NCBI GenBank assembly: GCA_977016875.1
Contig: CDRNST010000104.1
Location: 4,836,001-4,900,000, forward strand
Origin: Pavona decussata
Taxonomy: Eukaryota
Direction: 5' to 3'
Length of the DNA: 64,000 bases
Shown piece by piece: positions 20,027 to 34,100 of the stretch. Within the stretch, counting starts at the first letter, position 1, and each line of letters starts with the position of its first letter. Below the pieces are notes generated by a model. That model did not search any database. It worked only from the letters and a program-made list of their open reading frames with translations, and was not told the DNA's origin. Made by a program: the position numbers and the translations under genes.

Positions 20027-21481
20027 ATGGGAGGGTCTCTTTCGCGGAGTCCGAGGCAGAAATCCGAGAAAAAAGATAAAGCAAATGGATCTGTGCGAGC
20101 GACAGTAGTTGCGAATCAAAGTGACAAGGGAATTAAAGCTGGAAGGCGCGAAAAAACTGCTGAAGGGACGGACAAAGAAGCAGGCGGTTTGGAAAGAAAA
20201 GACAGCAGGGATTTCTGGATATCGCATATGAGAAAGAACTCTCGAGATGCTCTAAATTCTCAAACCACCAACACACAAACACCGCGCTCGAAAACTCCGC
20301 GGGAGTTAAGCCCTCAGGGAAAACAACAAAATGGCCAACACGTTGAGGTGCGTTCCGTCCCAGGCAAGAACAACAATCTAGCAAGCCCAGATAGTCCTTC
20401 ACTGAGTATTCAGACGAGTAATAACGAGGGAAAGCGCGTGTCGATGAATGGTGCAGCTGCTCATGTTGTCGGGCCTGAAAATCGAGATGTTCGAGGTTCG
20501 AATTCCATGGTTGTCCCGCATTCGCCTGGATTGCTTCCTGGGCAGGTTAGCGGGAGCATTGATGCGTCAAATTTGATCACAATCAACGAACTGTACAATT
20601 ATTTCTGGGACGGAGCGATACATTCAAGTATCTTCGATCCTTCTTATATGCTTGTTGTAGATGCTAGACCTCGAGCGGATTACGATCGCGGTCATATTAT
20701 TCTAGCACGCTGCTCGGCTTCTCTGCACAATGATTTAACTTCCGCAATGTATGGTTACGGTTACAGCACAGGTGGCGAAGAGGTGATCGCTAATCGGCTT
20801 AGTGAGTACACACACGTCGTTGTATACGGCAACGCAGTCTCGGACACTAGAAATGAAGATCTACCCGAGATTAAACTTATGAGGGAGCTGATGAATTATG
20901 AATTAGTGGAACCCCTTTTTCTGATTTCTGGATTTGAGAGCTTTCAACAAGCTCTGCCTTTTATGTGCACAACCAAGGATCTGACAATACGCCGTGACCA
21001 TAAAGAAATCACAGTATACCCTTCTGTGATTTTGGAGAACCAGCTCTATTTGGGTCGAGGCGAGCAAGCAACCAATAGCAAAATAGTATCAGATTTAAAG
21101 CTCACACATGTCATCAACATTGGAAGTGAGCATGCCTCGCCGTTCACTGATCGCATTCAGTATCTTAATATCAAGCTGGATGATAATCCTTCTAGTGATT
21201 TGAAAATTTATTTCTCAAAGGGTTATCAGTTTATAAGCGATGCACTGTCTGCAGGTGGACGGATCCTGGTACATTGCAATCTTGGCGTTAGCCGCAGCTC
21301 CACAATTGTAATTGCTCACTTAATGAAATCAAGACAGTGGACCCTTAAAGTGGCTCACAACTACGTCAGAGATAGGAGGACCTGCATTCGGCCTAATCGT
21401 GGCTTTTTACATCAACTGTCAGACTGGGAACAAAGTTTATTTGGAACTAAGTCTACTGATCCTGATGAGTTGTGGTTTTAG
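20027..21481 (+). CDS. STYXL1/MK-STYX-like rhodanese(CH2) + dual-specificity phosphatase with intact catalytic motif; single coding exon
   Basis: 484-aa ORF with ELYN..DPSYMLVVDAR..YDRGHI (CH2); YPSVILENQLYLG..QA...KI..DLKLTHVIN; general acid LDD; VHCNLGVSRS; AHLM; RPNRGFLHQLSDWE. N-terminus MGGSLSRSPRQKSEKK. Confidence 0.9.
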   Translation: MGGSLSRSPRQKSEKKDKANGSVRATVVANQSDKGIKAGRREKTAEGTDKEAGGLERKDSRDFWISHMRKNSRDALNSQTTNTQTPRSKTPRELSPQGKQQNGQHVEVRSVPGKNNNLASPDSPSLSIQTSNNEGKRVSMNGAAAHVVGPENRDVRGSNSMVVPHSPGLLPGQVSGSIDASNLITINELYNYFWDGAIHSSIFDPSYMLVVDARPRADYDRGHIILARCSASLHNDLTSAMYGYGYSTGGEEVIANRLSEYTHVVVYGNAVSDTRNEDLPEIKLMRELMNYELVEPLFLISGFESFQQALPFMCTTKDLTIRRDHKEITVYPSVILENQLYLGRGEQATNSKIVSDLKLTHVINIGSEHASPFTDRIQYLNIKLDDNPSSDLKIYFSKGYQFISDALSAGGRILVHCNLGVSRSSTIVIAHLMKSRQWTLKVAHNYVRDRRTCIRPNRGFLHQLSDWEQSLFGTKSTDPDELWF

Positions 21482-24054
21482 CTGCTTCAACATTGCCAAC
21501 ACCACAAGGGTTTTTCTTGGCGATTGAATTCAACCAAACAGAATGTCGGTAGTTGAAAAAGATGGCAACTAAAACTGAAGGTGAAGTTGCAAGGCTTCTT
21601 TGATAAAAGAGCACAACACAAATATACAATTATTGTTCTTAAAAATGTTGTGCTTTTTTTGAAAATCACTGTTAGTTTGCTGTTGTCAGGACCTCTTGGT
21701 TGATAACTGGTGTGTTTCATGTGTGTGGGAGTTGAATTGAATTGTGAAAATGTTACTCCCAACAGTATGTTAGATTTCACAAACAGGTGCCTGGATGAAG
21801 AGAGAGAACATGGAACAATGTCTTGTCAAAGCTAGAACAAGAACTTCTTCAGATTTCATGTTTGCCACATATGCAATCGTAAAAAAGTGGTTATACGATT
21901 AATTTGCGTTACAATAAAAAAATTTGTATTGAACTGGTAATAATAAGAGTTCAATTCTTTTCAAGAATCATCTTGTATTTAGGAAATCATTACTCCTTCC
22001 ACCCAACGTTTCTGGTGATACCTGCTTCAGCTAGGAAATTTTTTTATTACTAGAATGCATTTCAGTGTCTAGGATCTGTACATGTATATATATTTACTGA
22101 AGGGTATAAATTTGATGTGTGCTAAGATGTTTTAATATTTAATTACAAAGATGAGATGTAAATACCAGTAATATTCTGTTGCTAGATTTTGTTTATGTTT
22201 GTCTAAGAATATCCCTCAAACGTATCAGATATGGTGGTTTGTGAATTAAGATTGTAATAATATTATTCATGAAGCATGTGGTAATATCCCATGCTCCTGA
22301 CTGACTCAATCTTTTTCTTTGCTTATTAAACCCTCTTCCCTTTAGAGTAATTTTTGGGCCTGAAAATTTATACGGGCACCCTTTCTTTTAAATAAGGAAA
22401 AAGGCGAGTCCGAGAATAGAAATCATCGCAGAACCAAGTTTTGGTTTATGTAAGATTTAATGAAGAAGATACAATATTTCAACTCTATTCCAGAGTCATA
22501 GTCATGTCATGTCACAAGGATGTTATACCAGCAGTATTTATACCTAAGATAATTAGCATATGGTACACAATGAATAAAGTTCTGAGAACTTGGTTCTGCA
22601 ATGATTTCTATTCTCAGACTCGCCTTTTTCCTTATTTGTTCAAAACTGTCGGATGGATCTGGATTTAATACCCTTTCTTTTGTTTCACATGAGTAGCTTA
22701 TACAAGCATCAGTGTTTTCAGATACAAGTAAACAAAAACCTGCTTAAGCCATCTGTGAAAAAAACTAAGCAAGAGACTTCTAAAACAATGGAAGGATTTT
22801 TATGGGAAACATTTCTTCTGTGGAGCAAGACTTTGCAGCTCTCCAGGATGTGGTCTCACAATAGTACATTTTGGGACCAAAGTCATTGCTTGGATCAACC
22901 TCAAGCATCAATGATTATTTAAATCAATGTGGAAAAATTGAGTTGCTTAGTGCTTGGGTATTTACCCAGACTGCAATTATATTTATTTTTTGTACTATAA
23001 GTCGAGTTACATTTAATGTACTTTTTCAAGGTTTCGTAAGCTTGCTGATAATTAGGTACCAAAGATTTGGTTACATGTAAATTTCCTCAAAGGAATACAG
23101 TTTACCTAGGGCTTTTAATGTTCCAGTACATTTTGCTATTTATCAAATGAATGTAATTTTTAATAGTCATGGCACTGCAACAGTTTTCCCAGTGTGTGGA
23201 TTTTGATACAAAAGCAGTGCAACTTATTTGTGATCATATATTTATTTAGGTATGTAAATATTCTTTTTTGGTCATGATTGTAAGAATAATGTTTGGTGTA
23301 AATAGTCTTTCACCCTAATTTACTATTTGAAGACAGTATAAAATTGCAAGCAGCTATTTATTTGATTATTGCATTAAATTTTTATAGCTTTGTAGATAAT
23401 TGATATTTAAAAAATACAAATGATTTAGAGGAAGATGATTGACTGTTCATTTCTTTGAGTTTCCCGATACTGTTTTTTTTATTAATCTGTGTGTAATTCC
23501 TGTTAAAAAGTGAGTCTTTGAGCTAGACATCTAGTTGCCCAACAATGTGTAAGGTTTGGCATACAGACTTACCTAATAAGGTTAGCCTTTTTTGTCAAAA
23601 CCCTATAATTTTGAAGATTCTAAGCAATAACAAAATGGGGCTAAAAAAAACCCTGATCTCTCAAGACAGACATCTTGCATGAAAAAAAAACAAACAAACA
23701 GAGCTCTTAGGACAAGTGTGGAGATCACCCCCCCCCCCCCCCCCACCTTGCATATTATCTGTAACTTGATTGGCTGAAGAGGGAGCAAACTCATAGTTAT
23801 GGGGTAAAGGTGGGGGGGGGGGGGGGGATGGAGGAGTGTGGTGTTTGGGTGTCTGAATTATATGCTTGCTGTACCCTTTATTCCAGATTACTTTGCTCTA
23901 ACTTATTTAGTGGCTCCCCTACTCCTCATGCTATTTCAAATATTATTAAACATTGCATTTTGCCTTGTTCTTTCCATGTCTGCCATCATGAACTCAGCTT
24001 CCTTCCTTCCCTTATCTCCTCCACTCATATACCTCCTATTCCCTTTGTTGCCAC

Positions 24055-24057
24055 TTC

Positions 24058-24089
<32 letters not shown>

Positions 24090-24200
24090 TTTATTTATTT
24101 ATTTAATTCAATATTTTTTCAGGGGCATCCAATTTAGCAGAGCTAGTTTAAATGGAGCCCTGACACAGTACAAGACAAGCATTGAAACAAAAAAAAAAAA
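24055..24200 (-). repeat. (ATTT)n microsatellite plus probable LINE 3'-end remnant
   Basis: ATTT run at 24057-24106 followed by CAGGGGCATCCAATT...GGAGCCCTG stem-loop typical of L2/CR1-group 3' ends in antisense. Confidence 0.4.
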
Positions 24201-25186
24201 ACTAGACAATTAATTAAGTTATACATGCTGCATGTACGGCAGGCGTTATTGCGCGTGCCTAAACTCTGAAAGTAAGTACGAAGGTGCTATTCCATGAAGA
24301 CATTTATGGACTAAAAGGCATTTGAGATAATTTCTGCGTGCTTGTAGGTTGGGTCAACCAAGTGTTGATTTTAACACAAATTAGATTACTTAGAATGCTT
24401 CCATTCCCTCTCCAGGTTATGGGATATTTTAATTGGCAACATATGACCTTTATGCACCCAGTTGAAACACAGATACTCTTTTAAATACAACTATCTCATG
24501 TCCTCAGACCTTGTAAACACTCAATTGAAAAAGTTATAAAATGTCCAGTGCAAAGTGTAAATTGTAAACGATGTGACCTGGTGTGATTATGGGGTGATCT
24601 AATAGCATACATATATTTCTTGTTTTTTTCCTTTGTCTACAGAAATGTGTAAATATTTTTAAGCCTTAAAAACTGCATGCACTTTTATTTTGTAACAAAA
24701 ATGCAAATAAGCTCATAGGTCAAATGCTTGCCAGAAAATTTTTGTGTCTTATCATACATAGTTTATACCTCGTACAAGGTAAGGTTTTTTTCAGTTGAGT
24801 GCAGAAAGACTGAACATGGCCATTATTAATGACAGGCAGGGGCAGAGCTGACCTGGGGGCTAAAATCTGTGCATTCAGCAGTGAGCAAAGCAGTACTCTA
24901 TTCACGCAAGACAACACACAAATAAAGGTAGACTCCTCTGAAGTAAGGGCTCCTGTCCTTTAGTTAGGTTATTTTCAAATTTACCCTCCAACTTAAAATC
25001 TACCCCCTGGCCCCAGCTCTAGCTAAGAGAGCTTGCCCCAGTTCCTCCCCCAACCACCTCCCCAACAAACCATGGGCTCTGGCCTGATAGTGAAAAGGAG
25101 GGGGGGACTGGGTCTGTGTAAGGTTCACTGACACCGCCCCCAACTCCTCCCACCCAAGATAAGATCGCCAGGTCACTAAGGCAAAG

Positions 25187-28100
25187 ATGGCTAACAAGTT
25201 AGCCATGAATTGTAGTTCGTCTCTTTTTCGAGGAATTCGACATCTTCGTGGACTCACTGCTCTTGAATGGAAACCTAACACAAAGTGTTCGACATGCAGA
25301 TACATGTCATCCATTTTAGACCGTAAGTTTCTGCGCGTTTTAACTTAGAAATAATGACGTAAACCTCATTGACATTTTATACTTTGGTAGATATACATGC
25401 TTTGTACCATTAGATAATGATTCGATTTTATAGCGCCCGGTCGCGCTCGCGCATGGGGCTAATTCTGGGGTATCCAAGCTAATGAAGTGGAAGATCGATG
25501 ACAATCAAACACCACCCATACCAATCAATATCAGTTAATCGATTGATGTTGATAATTTATAACCAATCGATGAAGGTTTGTGTGACCTAGTTTTATCGAT
25601 TGCCATCGATTTCCAATATCAATAGACAGCTGGTATCAATTGATTGCGCATATTTTACTACTTCAGAGTATCTAAGCCGATGGGAATAGGCACTCAGTAA
25701 TATCAGACATTACATTTCAAAAATTATCATTTAGTCTCTTCACGTTCTACTGTCTTCTTACAAATTACAGTAAATAGCTTGCCAATATTTACTGAAAAAT
25801 TGTAATCATGTGGTGATATCCTTTGACTAGGCATCTTATGGAGAGTTGAACTTCTTGCATACTTGACCCAGACATTCTCTTGTTGTCTGCCAATTCATTT
25901 AGTGTTTTATAATGGGTGAGCGGCAAATTGTGCACATGTGTAACAAGGTATATCCTTTGGATTGAGAAAAATAAGTTCTACTTGTTTTGCCAATCAATGA
26001 ATGGTTTGTGTGTGACTGTTGAGTGGCCATCGATTGATCAATACCAATCAATTTCAATAAACTGGTATTGATTGCTTTTGCAACCATTGATTTTTTTACT
26101 TTTGGTACCTCAAGGGAATTGGAAGGCAGTTGTATTGGAGAGGGGTGCTTATTAACTTTTTGATTTTGGCGTCAGAATGTTAAAATATGAGAAGTTAAGA
26201 AACAACAACAAAAACATTTACGAAACAACTGCAGTGATACAAATTCGCATAGCCATAATAGCGCTAAGTCAGTAGACTGTAATATTATTTTCAGATAATG
26301 TCAGTACTAAAACATAGAATTCACAAAATGTTAGCAGCTCTCTTTGTTACCCTTCCCACCCCCCTCTCCCCACCCCCAAACTTTCCCATTCTACCACTGC
26401 TGGTAAACTTTAGACCAGTTTCAATTCAATCCTTTTCATATTTTTGCCAGCATCACTGGGGCTTACAGATCACCAGAGAGAGTTCCAGAAAGTGGCTACA
26501 GATTTTGCGAAAAATGAACTTGCACCTGAGATGCAAAAATGGGATCAAGAGGTTTGTAGCGTGAAGTCTTTCATCCCACAGAAGTATGGACCACTAATTA
26601 ATTAGATATATATCACAAAAATAACACAATACTTGTCTGATTGTTTTTCTCAAGAATCACACAATCATGTGCCCATCCATGGGCACATGTTCTTTTTTCC
26701 CAAGTGCATTTTTTTTTTAAATTGGCAGACTTTCTTCATGTTTTATGTACACCGCAGCCAACTATAAATAGTGACATGCTCTGATTCCAGTAAATTTCGG
26801 CTCAAACCATGAGATAACATTGGTGTGACAGATTGGTTTACAGATAGTTTACTAGATTGGGGCAACTGCCATCTGGTTATGTAATGTATAATTATTGGCC
26901 TTTTTGCCTCTCTTTCCCCAGGAAAAGAATGTGCTATAAATTGCTAAATAATAACATATTCATTAAATAAATTCACACCACTGTAAAACTTAAATCACTG
27001 TATTGCTTAATTTTAAAATGAGTAACAGTGTCTTTTCCAGTTATTGTATTTAGGTTTTGAAGTTGAGTAAAGTGCTTATAATAACTTGACTTATTGTGTA
27101 TTTTTTCAGGAGATATTTCCTGTGGATGTGTTAAAGAAATTAGCAGGCCTGGGATTTGGAGGTAGGTAGGGCAGGTTACTATTTCACCCACATCCAGAGG
27201 GTGGAGGGGATAATGACATTCCTGGTTGTCTCATGCCAAAAAAGCCAGGTACAGTTCAAAATGTGTATGCCACCTGTGGTCCAGCCACAAATAAACTTAG
27301 GTGTCATGATCACACTGGCCCCCCATTGGTGATCTTAATAAAGACTGGTTCCCCTGCATGGATTTATAGTACATGTACACATTATTTAGCATGCGAGATA
27401 GCTCACGTTTCCATAAAAATAACACTAACAGTACCTGAGCCTGCTCACAGTTTACACTTGACTCATTCTAGTGGCTTGTCTTTCAGCAATCTATACTAAA
27501 GAAGATCATGGTGGTAGTGGATTGTCCAGACTAGATGCATCAGTGATTTTTGAAGCTCTGTCTTCTGGATGTGTAAGCACAACAGCATATCTCAGCATTC
27601 ACAAGTAAGATCCACTGGCTATATATATTGTCAAATTATAATCATGATCTGTTTCACCTTTGCATATAAGATTGTAACAGCACTGCAAGTTACTGAGCAC
27701 CTAATGGAAAGGACAAAACTGTTTCACACGATACATAGACCGAGTGCAAAGATAGCTGACATTTTAGTATTCTTTTGTTTGCATTCAAATTAGCCTTACT
27801 AACCTCATTCCTGAGTTCAAAAATCAAAAGAAACTTTCACCTTGAACAAGGCTAGTGAGGCTAATTTGAATGCAGACAAAAGAATATTAAAATGTCAGCC
27901 ATTTTTGCATAAGGTCCATAAACTTTACAGTCTCTCTGTATGGCAGGCAATCAACTACTTACATATTTTTTCTTGGTTTTACTGTTCACTTTGCATGAAT
28001 CAAACTAAAACAGTTTTCCTGGACTGTAAATGTGCAATAGTAATTAATTTTTTATAATTTTAACTTGTAACTTTCCTTAACTTACTTAAGTTTCTATTTC

Positions 28101-31100
28101 TGAAATCACAGGTTTCTATTGTCAAATAATATTTAACTCTTTATAGGGTGGACATCTCTCATGGAAGTTAATAATAAAAATAAAATCTTTATTTTACTAG
28201 AAAAGAAAAATGGTATGCTTTTAATAATTATTATTAAAAGCATACCATTTTTCTTTTCTAGTAAAATAAAGATCATTTAGCTTTTCATCGATATTTTCCT
28301 ATGCTGGTGCATGATTTAATTTGAAATTTTATAAGGGGAGTACTTTTTCTAGTTTTTGTTTTATGGACGACATGGTTGTCATTTTAAATATTTGTGCTGA
28401 TAATTTTTGTTGTTTTTAATATTTTTAGTATGGCTGCTTGGATGATTGATGAGTTTGGTTCTGAAGAACTTAAAGAAAGATTTATCCCTGAATTAGCATC
28501 AATGGAGGTATTAAGTTGTTTAAGGACGGTGCCTACTTTTATTACTGCACATATGCTCTGCACATCTTGAGATACTCACTGGCCTCCTATGGGTGGTGCC
28601 TGCTAATACAGGGATATTTTTGTGCGGCTTAAAACTACGTGGAGAAAGCAGAACTATTAGCAAGTGCTTTTGGTACAGTAAAAACCTGCAACTAATAACT
28701 TACATTTTTGGGAAGTAGCCTAAACAGGTTCTTATATAAATCCTGAATGGTAGTTAACACAATTTTAAGCTACTTAGGTTCTTAAAATAGGTTCTTAATT
28801 CTAGAGAAATGCAAATAAAACTCACCTACAAAACATCAGATGGTTATTGGCCTACTTTCTATTTTCATATTGCTGTGTAAATTATATGATAATGTCTTGC
28901 ACTCTTTTTTATTAGAAAAAAACTCATTTTTGCAGTAATGAGAATCTACTTTTTCTTCAAATACGATTCTTGCACTGCAGCTGTATCCAAAACGAAAATG
29001 GGAGGGGGGGGGGGGGGGGGTAACCATGCATTTTTAGAATAAGTGTTGCTTAATTATCTCTGAAAAATGCCTGGTTACTCTCAATTTTCTTTTTGGATTC
29101 TGATGGCTCTTGCTAAGATCTGCTCTTCCTGCATAGTCATAAACTGTGCAAAAACACTTCAGTATTAGTATTAGTGGGCACCGTCCTTAAAAGATTTGAA
29201 TTTGTAGATGTTATTGATTGATGTGAATGTAATAGAAAGTGGAAACTGTGCCATTACATTTGTTTGTGTTTCTTTTTTTAGAAATTTGCATCTTATTGCT
29301 TAACAGAACCTGGTAAGTGTTTTCCTAAGAGAGTTTTAAGGCTGTTGTAGAACTTTTTAAACATAATAATATAGAGCTGTCATTAAGGGCCGTAATCCGT
29401 AACACCTGCTACGGCTGAATAACCTTGAAAGAACCTTGATGTTATGTGGGTGATCAAGATGGTTGTAGGGTCATTGTAAGCAACACTGTTATGGGTGTGA
29501 AGCGGTTGAAAACTAATTAATGACAGACCTGAATATAATATAACAACTATCATTCCCGCCACAGAAAAGTCTTGTACATAGCTTTGATACAAAATACTAG
29601 CCGGCCAATTCCTCAAAATCGATTGACACATAAGCTCATAGCTAACATTGTGTGGTGCCAAGCTGGTTTCTGAGTTAATATACAAATTAAAATTGATTGA
29701 GTGTAATATAATTATTATAATGGTTTTTACTAATAATTATACAGACAACTCCAGTACCATGAAAAGTGCTAGTAGTTATAGATAACTTAATGATGACAGC
29801 AACAGCAATGAGAACACCACAAAACAATGGGAATGGGTTTAATACATTTCTTTACCATCCAAGTGCTGCAAAACAACAATGTGAAATGACAATATTGTAG
29901 AGAACTTGGAAAAAGAACACCAAACATGATTGTCTTTTCTGTGACAGGTAGTGGAAGTGATGCTGCTTCATTATCAACATCTGCTAAAAAGGATGGAGAT
30001 TATTACATTCTGAATGGCTCAAAGGTTATTAAACTTGGCCTGATTTTAAATTCATGTGATGTGTAATGGTGCCATTGTTTCAGGTAACAAGTGAACACAA
30101 AATAATGTAATCAAAACTTGCAATGTTGTCTTCTTTCTTATCAGGCCTTCATCAGTGGAGGAGGTGATACTGATGTGTATATAGTCATGGTCAGAACTGG
30201 AGAACAAGGTATCATCAAATAAATGTTTTGCCAACTGAAGGAAGTTAACTGTAATAATTTAATATATACAGCTCAAAGAAAACTTGTATGTAATAAAGAG
30301 GGATGTGTTGGCTTCACATTTGGGCACGCCCGCAATTGTCTGATTGGGACAGCGGTAGTGGATTTGTCTCAGAAGTCAGTTTAACAGATGAGCGAGCTAT
30401 TTTGATGTCTTTACAACCAATAACATGGCCATAACCTGCGTGTTCACTTGTTTCGTTATACAAATACAAGTGGTTAACAACTACTGCAGGTTTGGGATCA
30501 AAATCTACTAAAATGCACAGTCTGTTAAGTGCCAGTTGAAAACAGAAAACTCCCAAGGAAGCATGCCCTGTACAGACCTCCTCACCCTCCCCTCCCCTCC
30601 CCCAACCATCATCATTGCCATCATCAGCATTTTTTAAACACAGATAAAAACATTGGCCTTTAATACAAAATCGCAAAGTATGACAAGGTGTAAAAGACCT
30701 TCCAATGACATTGGACCAGCAACTTTCTCAAATAGTGGCTACGTCCCTGAAAAAACTCAAAATTCCACATTCCGGGGGCACTTACATGTATGCAACTTGA
30801 GCTAATATTCCTTACTTTGTCCAAAATCACAATCAACTTGTGAGCCCCGTTTACCAGAGAAATGTCTGAATTACTCAAAACAGTCATACAGTGTACAACA
30901 CTTGCCAAATACTGTTAAAAAGGTAAGCAAGAATTCAGAATTCTGTCAGTTCAAGTCATGAATTTGGTTGTAGGTCCTAAAGGAATTTCAACACTTGTTG
31001 TTGAGAATGGAACACCAGGATTGAGTTTTGGCAAGAAAGAGAGAAAGGTATTGTTAGAGCATGTGATGTGCTGAATTGATGCAAATCATCTTACTTACAT

Positions 31101-34100
31101 TTATTTTTTTTAAAAATTTAAAATCTTCTGTAAACTAACTAATATTGCCCTTGTGATATTTTGTGCATCCATCAACTGAAGTCTGATTGTACGTGTTGTG
31201 TTGGATTAGGTTGGATGGAATTCCCAGCCAACAAGAGCGGTGATATTTGAAGATTGTAAAGTACCTGTTTCTAACAGAGTTGGAGATGAAGGACAGGTAC
31301 ATCATTGATAATAATTATTATTAATAATATATTATTGTTATCTATGCCAGCTCAGCTGCCTCCTTGCCAAGAATAAGCAACATCTGTTGAGTCTCTCTTC
31401 AATTAATCACTGTGACTTGTAAACAATCATCTTTGTAGAATCCATGTGTAAGATCTTTTCTCAGGCAAACAAGTTGTATTATGAATCTTTTACAAGCTTA
31501 TTCCCATCGATGAGCTTTATGAAAATTGAAGGGCTAGGGGCATATATAACCATTGTATAGTGCATTTCAGGTCATTTGTTTGTTTTCCTCAGATTTGCTA
31601 TGGCCTTCAGTTCATTCGGAAAACATTGTTCTGTATTTATTTTTATTTATTTTTTATTTTATTTTTTTGCTAATTCTTGCTTCGGAATGCAAAAAAACAA
31701 GTTTAATCTCTTGTTGGTACCTTTTGGAGATCTTTCGTTGAAGAAACCTTTGTTAGTCTTATGATGTATGTAGCATGAAATCTTACTTATGATGACTCTG
31801 ACTATCAAATTTGAATGCTCGTTTATAACAGAGCAGTGTCAACCCACATGTAGCCTGCATTAAGTAATTTCCTCTTTTTAATGTTTAGGGTTTCAGTATA
31901 GCAATGCATGGATTGAATGGTGGACGTATCAATATTGGTGAGCATTAGTAATCATTCAAATTATATGAAAAGTTTTGTACGTATTTTTAAAAGGATTTCT
32001 TGATTTGTGATTCTTTTTAAGTATAGATCTGTGTAATAGGCAATTCACAGAACAAGCATTTTAATTGCAAAAAGAAATTTGGGAATCAAACAGTTTGGGC
32101 TATAAGTCCAACCTTTTGATCCTGATGTTTAATAATTTTCAGCCATAATTGTTTTCTCCAATCAATTTTTTTAGCATCATGCTCATTGGGAGCTGCTCAA
32201 TCATCCATTGAACAAGCAATTGAACATGCTAAGGTGCGGAAACAGTTTGGTCGACCCCTTGCAGACAACCAGGTATCAGAAGATTGATCAGTTTTCTCTG
32301 TGTGTGAAGTTTTATGTGATATAAATTATACTTTATGTCATATAAGGTCCATCTTGGTTCATATGCTTAACTTCTACATGAACCAATGAAATCAATAATA
32401 ATAATAATAATAATAATAATAATCGAATATTTATCCAGGATAACCCTTCAGTATAGAATACTGTTATCAACGGGGTCCTGATGACTAAAAATTAAAAACT
32501 TACAAATAAGAATAATTATGAACTGATATGTAAAAGCAAAACATGCACTAATTTAGAACTACAGTAAAAATTTACAGATAAAAATCGTCCAAGGCTTTCC
32601 TGAATAAAAATCTAGAATTAATGCTTCTCAGACTTAAAGGTAAAGAATTAAATGTCGAGGCACCTAAAAAATAAAAACTATGGCGTGCAAAATCTAGTTT
32701 GACCTTGGGCAGTTTTGCTGCTTTCCCATTGTTTCTAGTATTTAAAGCGTTATGATTCACTCGTTGAAAATAATTCTTAAAAGGAGAGCATACAGTTCCA
32801 TTAAGGCAGTCAAATACCAGACAGTATGCTTTCTTTTGTAAAAAGTTGTCAATTGTTAAAAACCGAAGATCACAGTTCTGCGGACTGCATTTCGGGGAAA
32901 TGATTTCGAGACTTCGTTTCTCAATGGAGCGGATCATGCGTTTACAGTGGACTTTACGGGATTCCAACCAACCAAGACTATTATAGCCGCAATACGTAAA
33001 TATTGGCATAATCATCGACTGGTAAATTCGTTGGGCACTAAAAGTATCAATGTTAGAGCGGATGCGCCGTAAAAGGTTCACTCTTCCTGCTGCCTTCTTG
33101 TAAATTTTGTGAAAATGCGTTTCGAAATTAAGTGTCGGGTCCAGATGCACGCCAAGGTACTTATAGCATGTAGTGGTGTTGATGGAAGAACCATTGACCG
33201 AGAGGTTGACTTGACGGTCATGAAACAGACTCAACCGTTTACTGGTACCAAACAGCATCATCTCAGTTTTTCCCTTTTTCAAATTCAATGAATAAAGTTG
33301 GCAAATAATGACGTACAGAGTCAGAATCAATTTGGAATCTAGCTGATCTACATGTAATTCCAATCTGAATCAGCACAGCTACACTCTCCCTGCCTAGCTC
33401 AGCTAGGAATAACAGCTGGGGTTCTACCTTGGCTGAGACACTGAACTTCACATGAGCTCATGTGAAGTATTTATTAATTTGTACTGTAGCCTGCAAGCAA
33501 CCTCTCTAACATGGGTCTCATACAATATTTATTTGGGGCACACGTGGGAGCAACGCAAAAGTCGGCAAAGGATTTGGGAGGTGAATGCCCCCAACCCAAT
33601 CCTCTTATGGCTTGCCTTGCTCTCTGCTCACACCTCAAATGAGTCTTGCGTGACACCAAATAGATAGTTTGCTCACCAGCTATCTGTACTGGGCCTAAGG
33701 TAAAATCTCATGTATGGGCCCAAGGCAAGTTTACATGGTGTCTGTAGCATGAAGCAACTACAGCTGTAGGGATATTTGTTTTCCTGGATTGGACGCTAGT
33801 CCATTTCAGGATTAACCCTGGGCAGTACATCTAGCCCGCAAATGCAGATGTATTTCTGGCTGTCGCTTACGGCCGGAAATACATCTGCATTTGCAGGCTA
33901 CAGTACATCGCAAAGTTTTCCTTTTCAACAAAATTCTTATCTGGTGCCCATATTTACACCTGGGTGAAGAAAGATAAAGTGGAGTTAAGTTCCTTGTCCA
34001 AGGAAAGAGTAGCACAATTCAGTGACCATGGCCAAACCAATGCCCTTCAGATCAAAAACTGATTCACTAACCTCCAGATCATTGCAAATGTTTCAGCACA

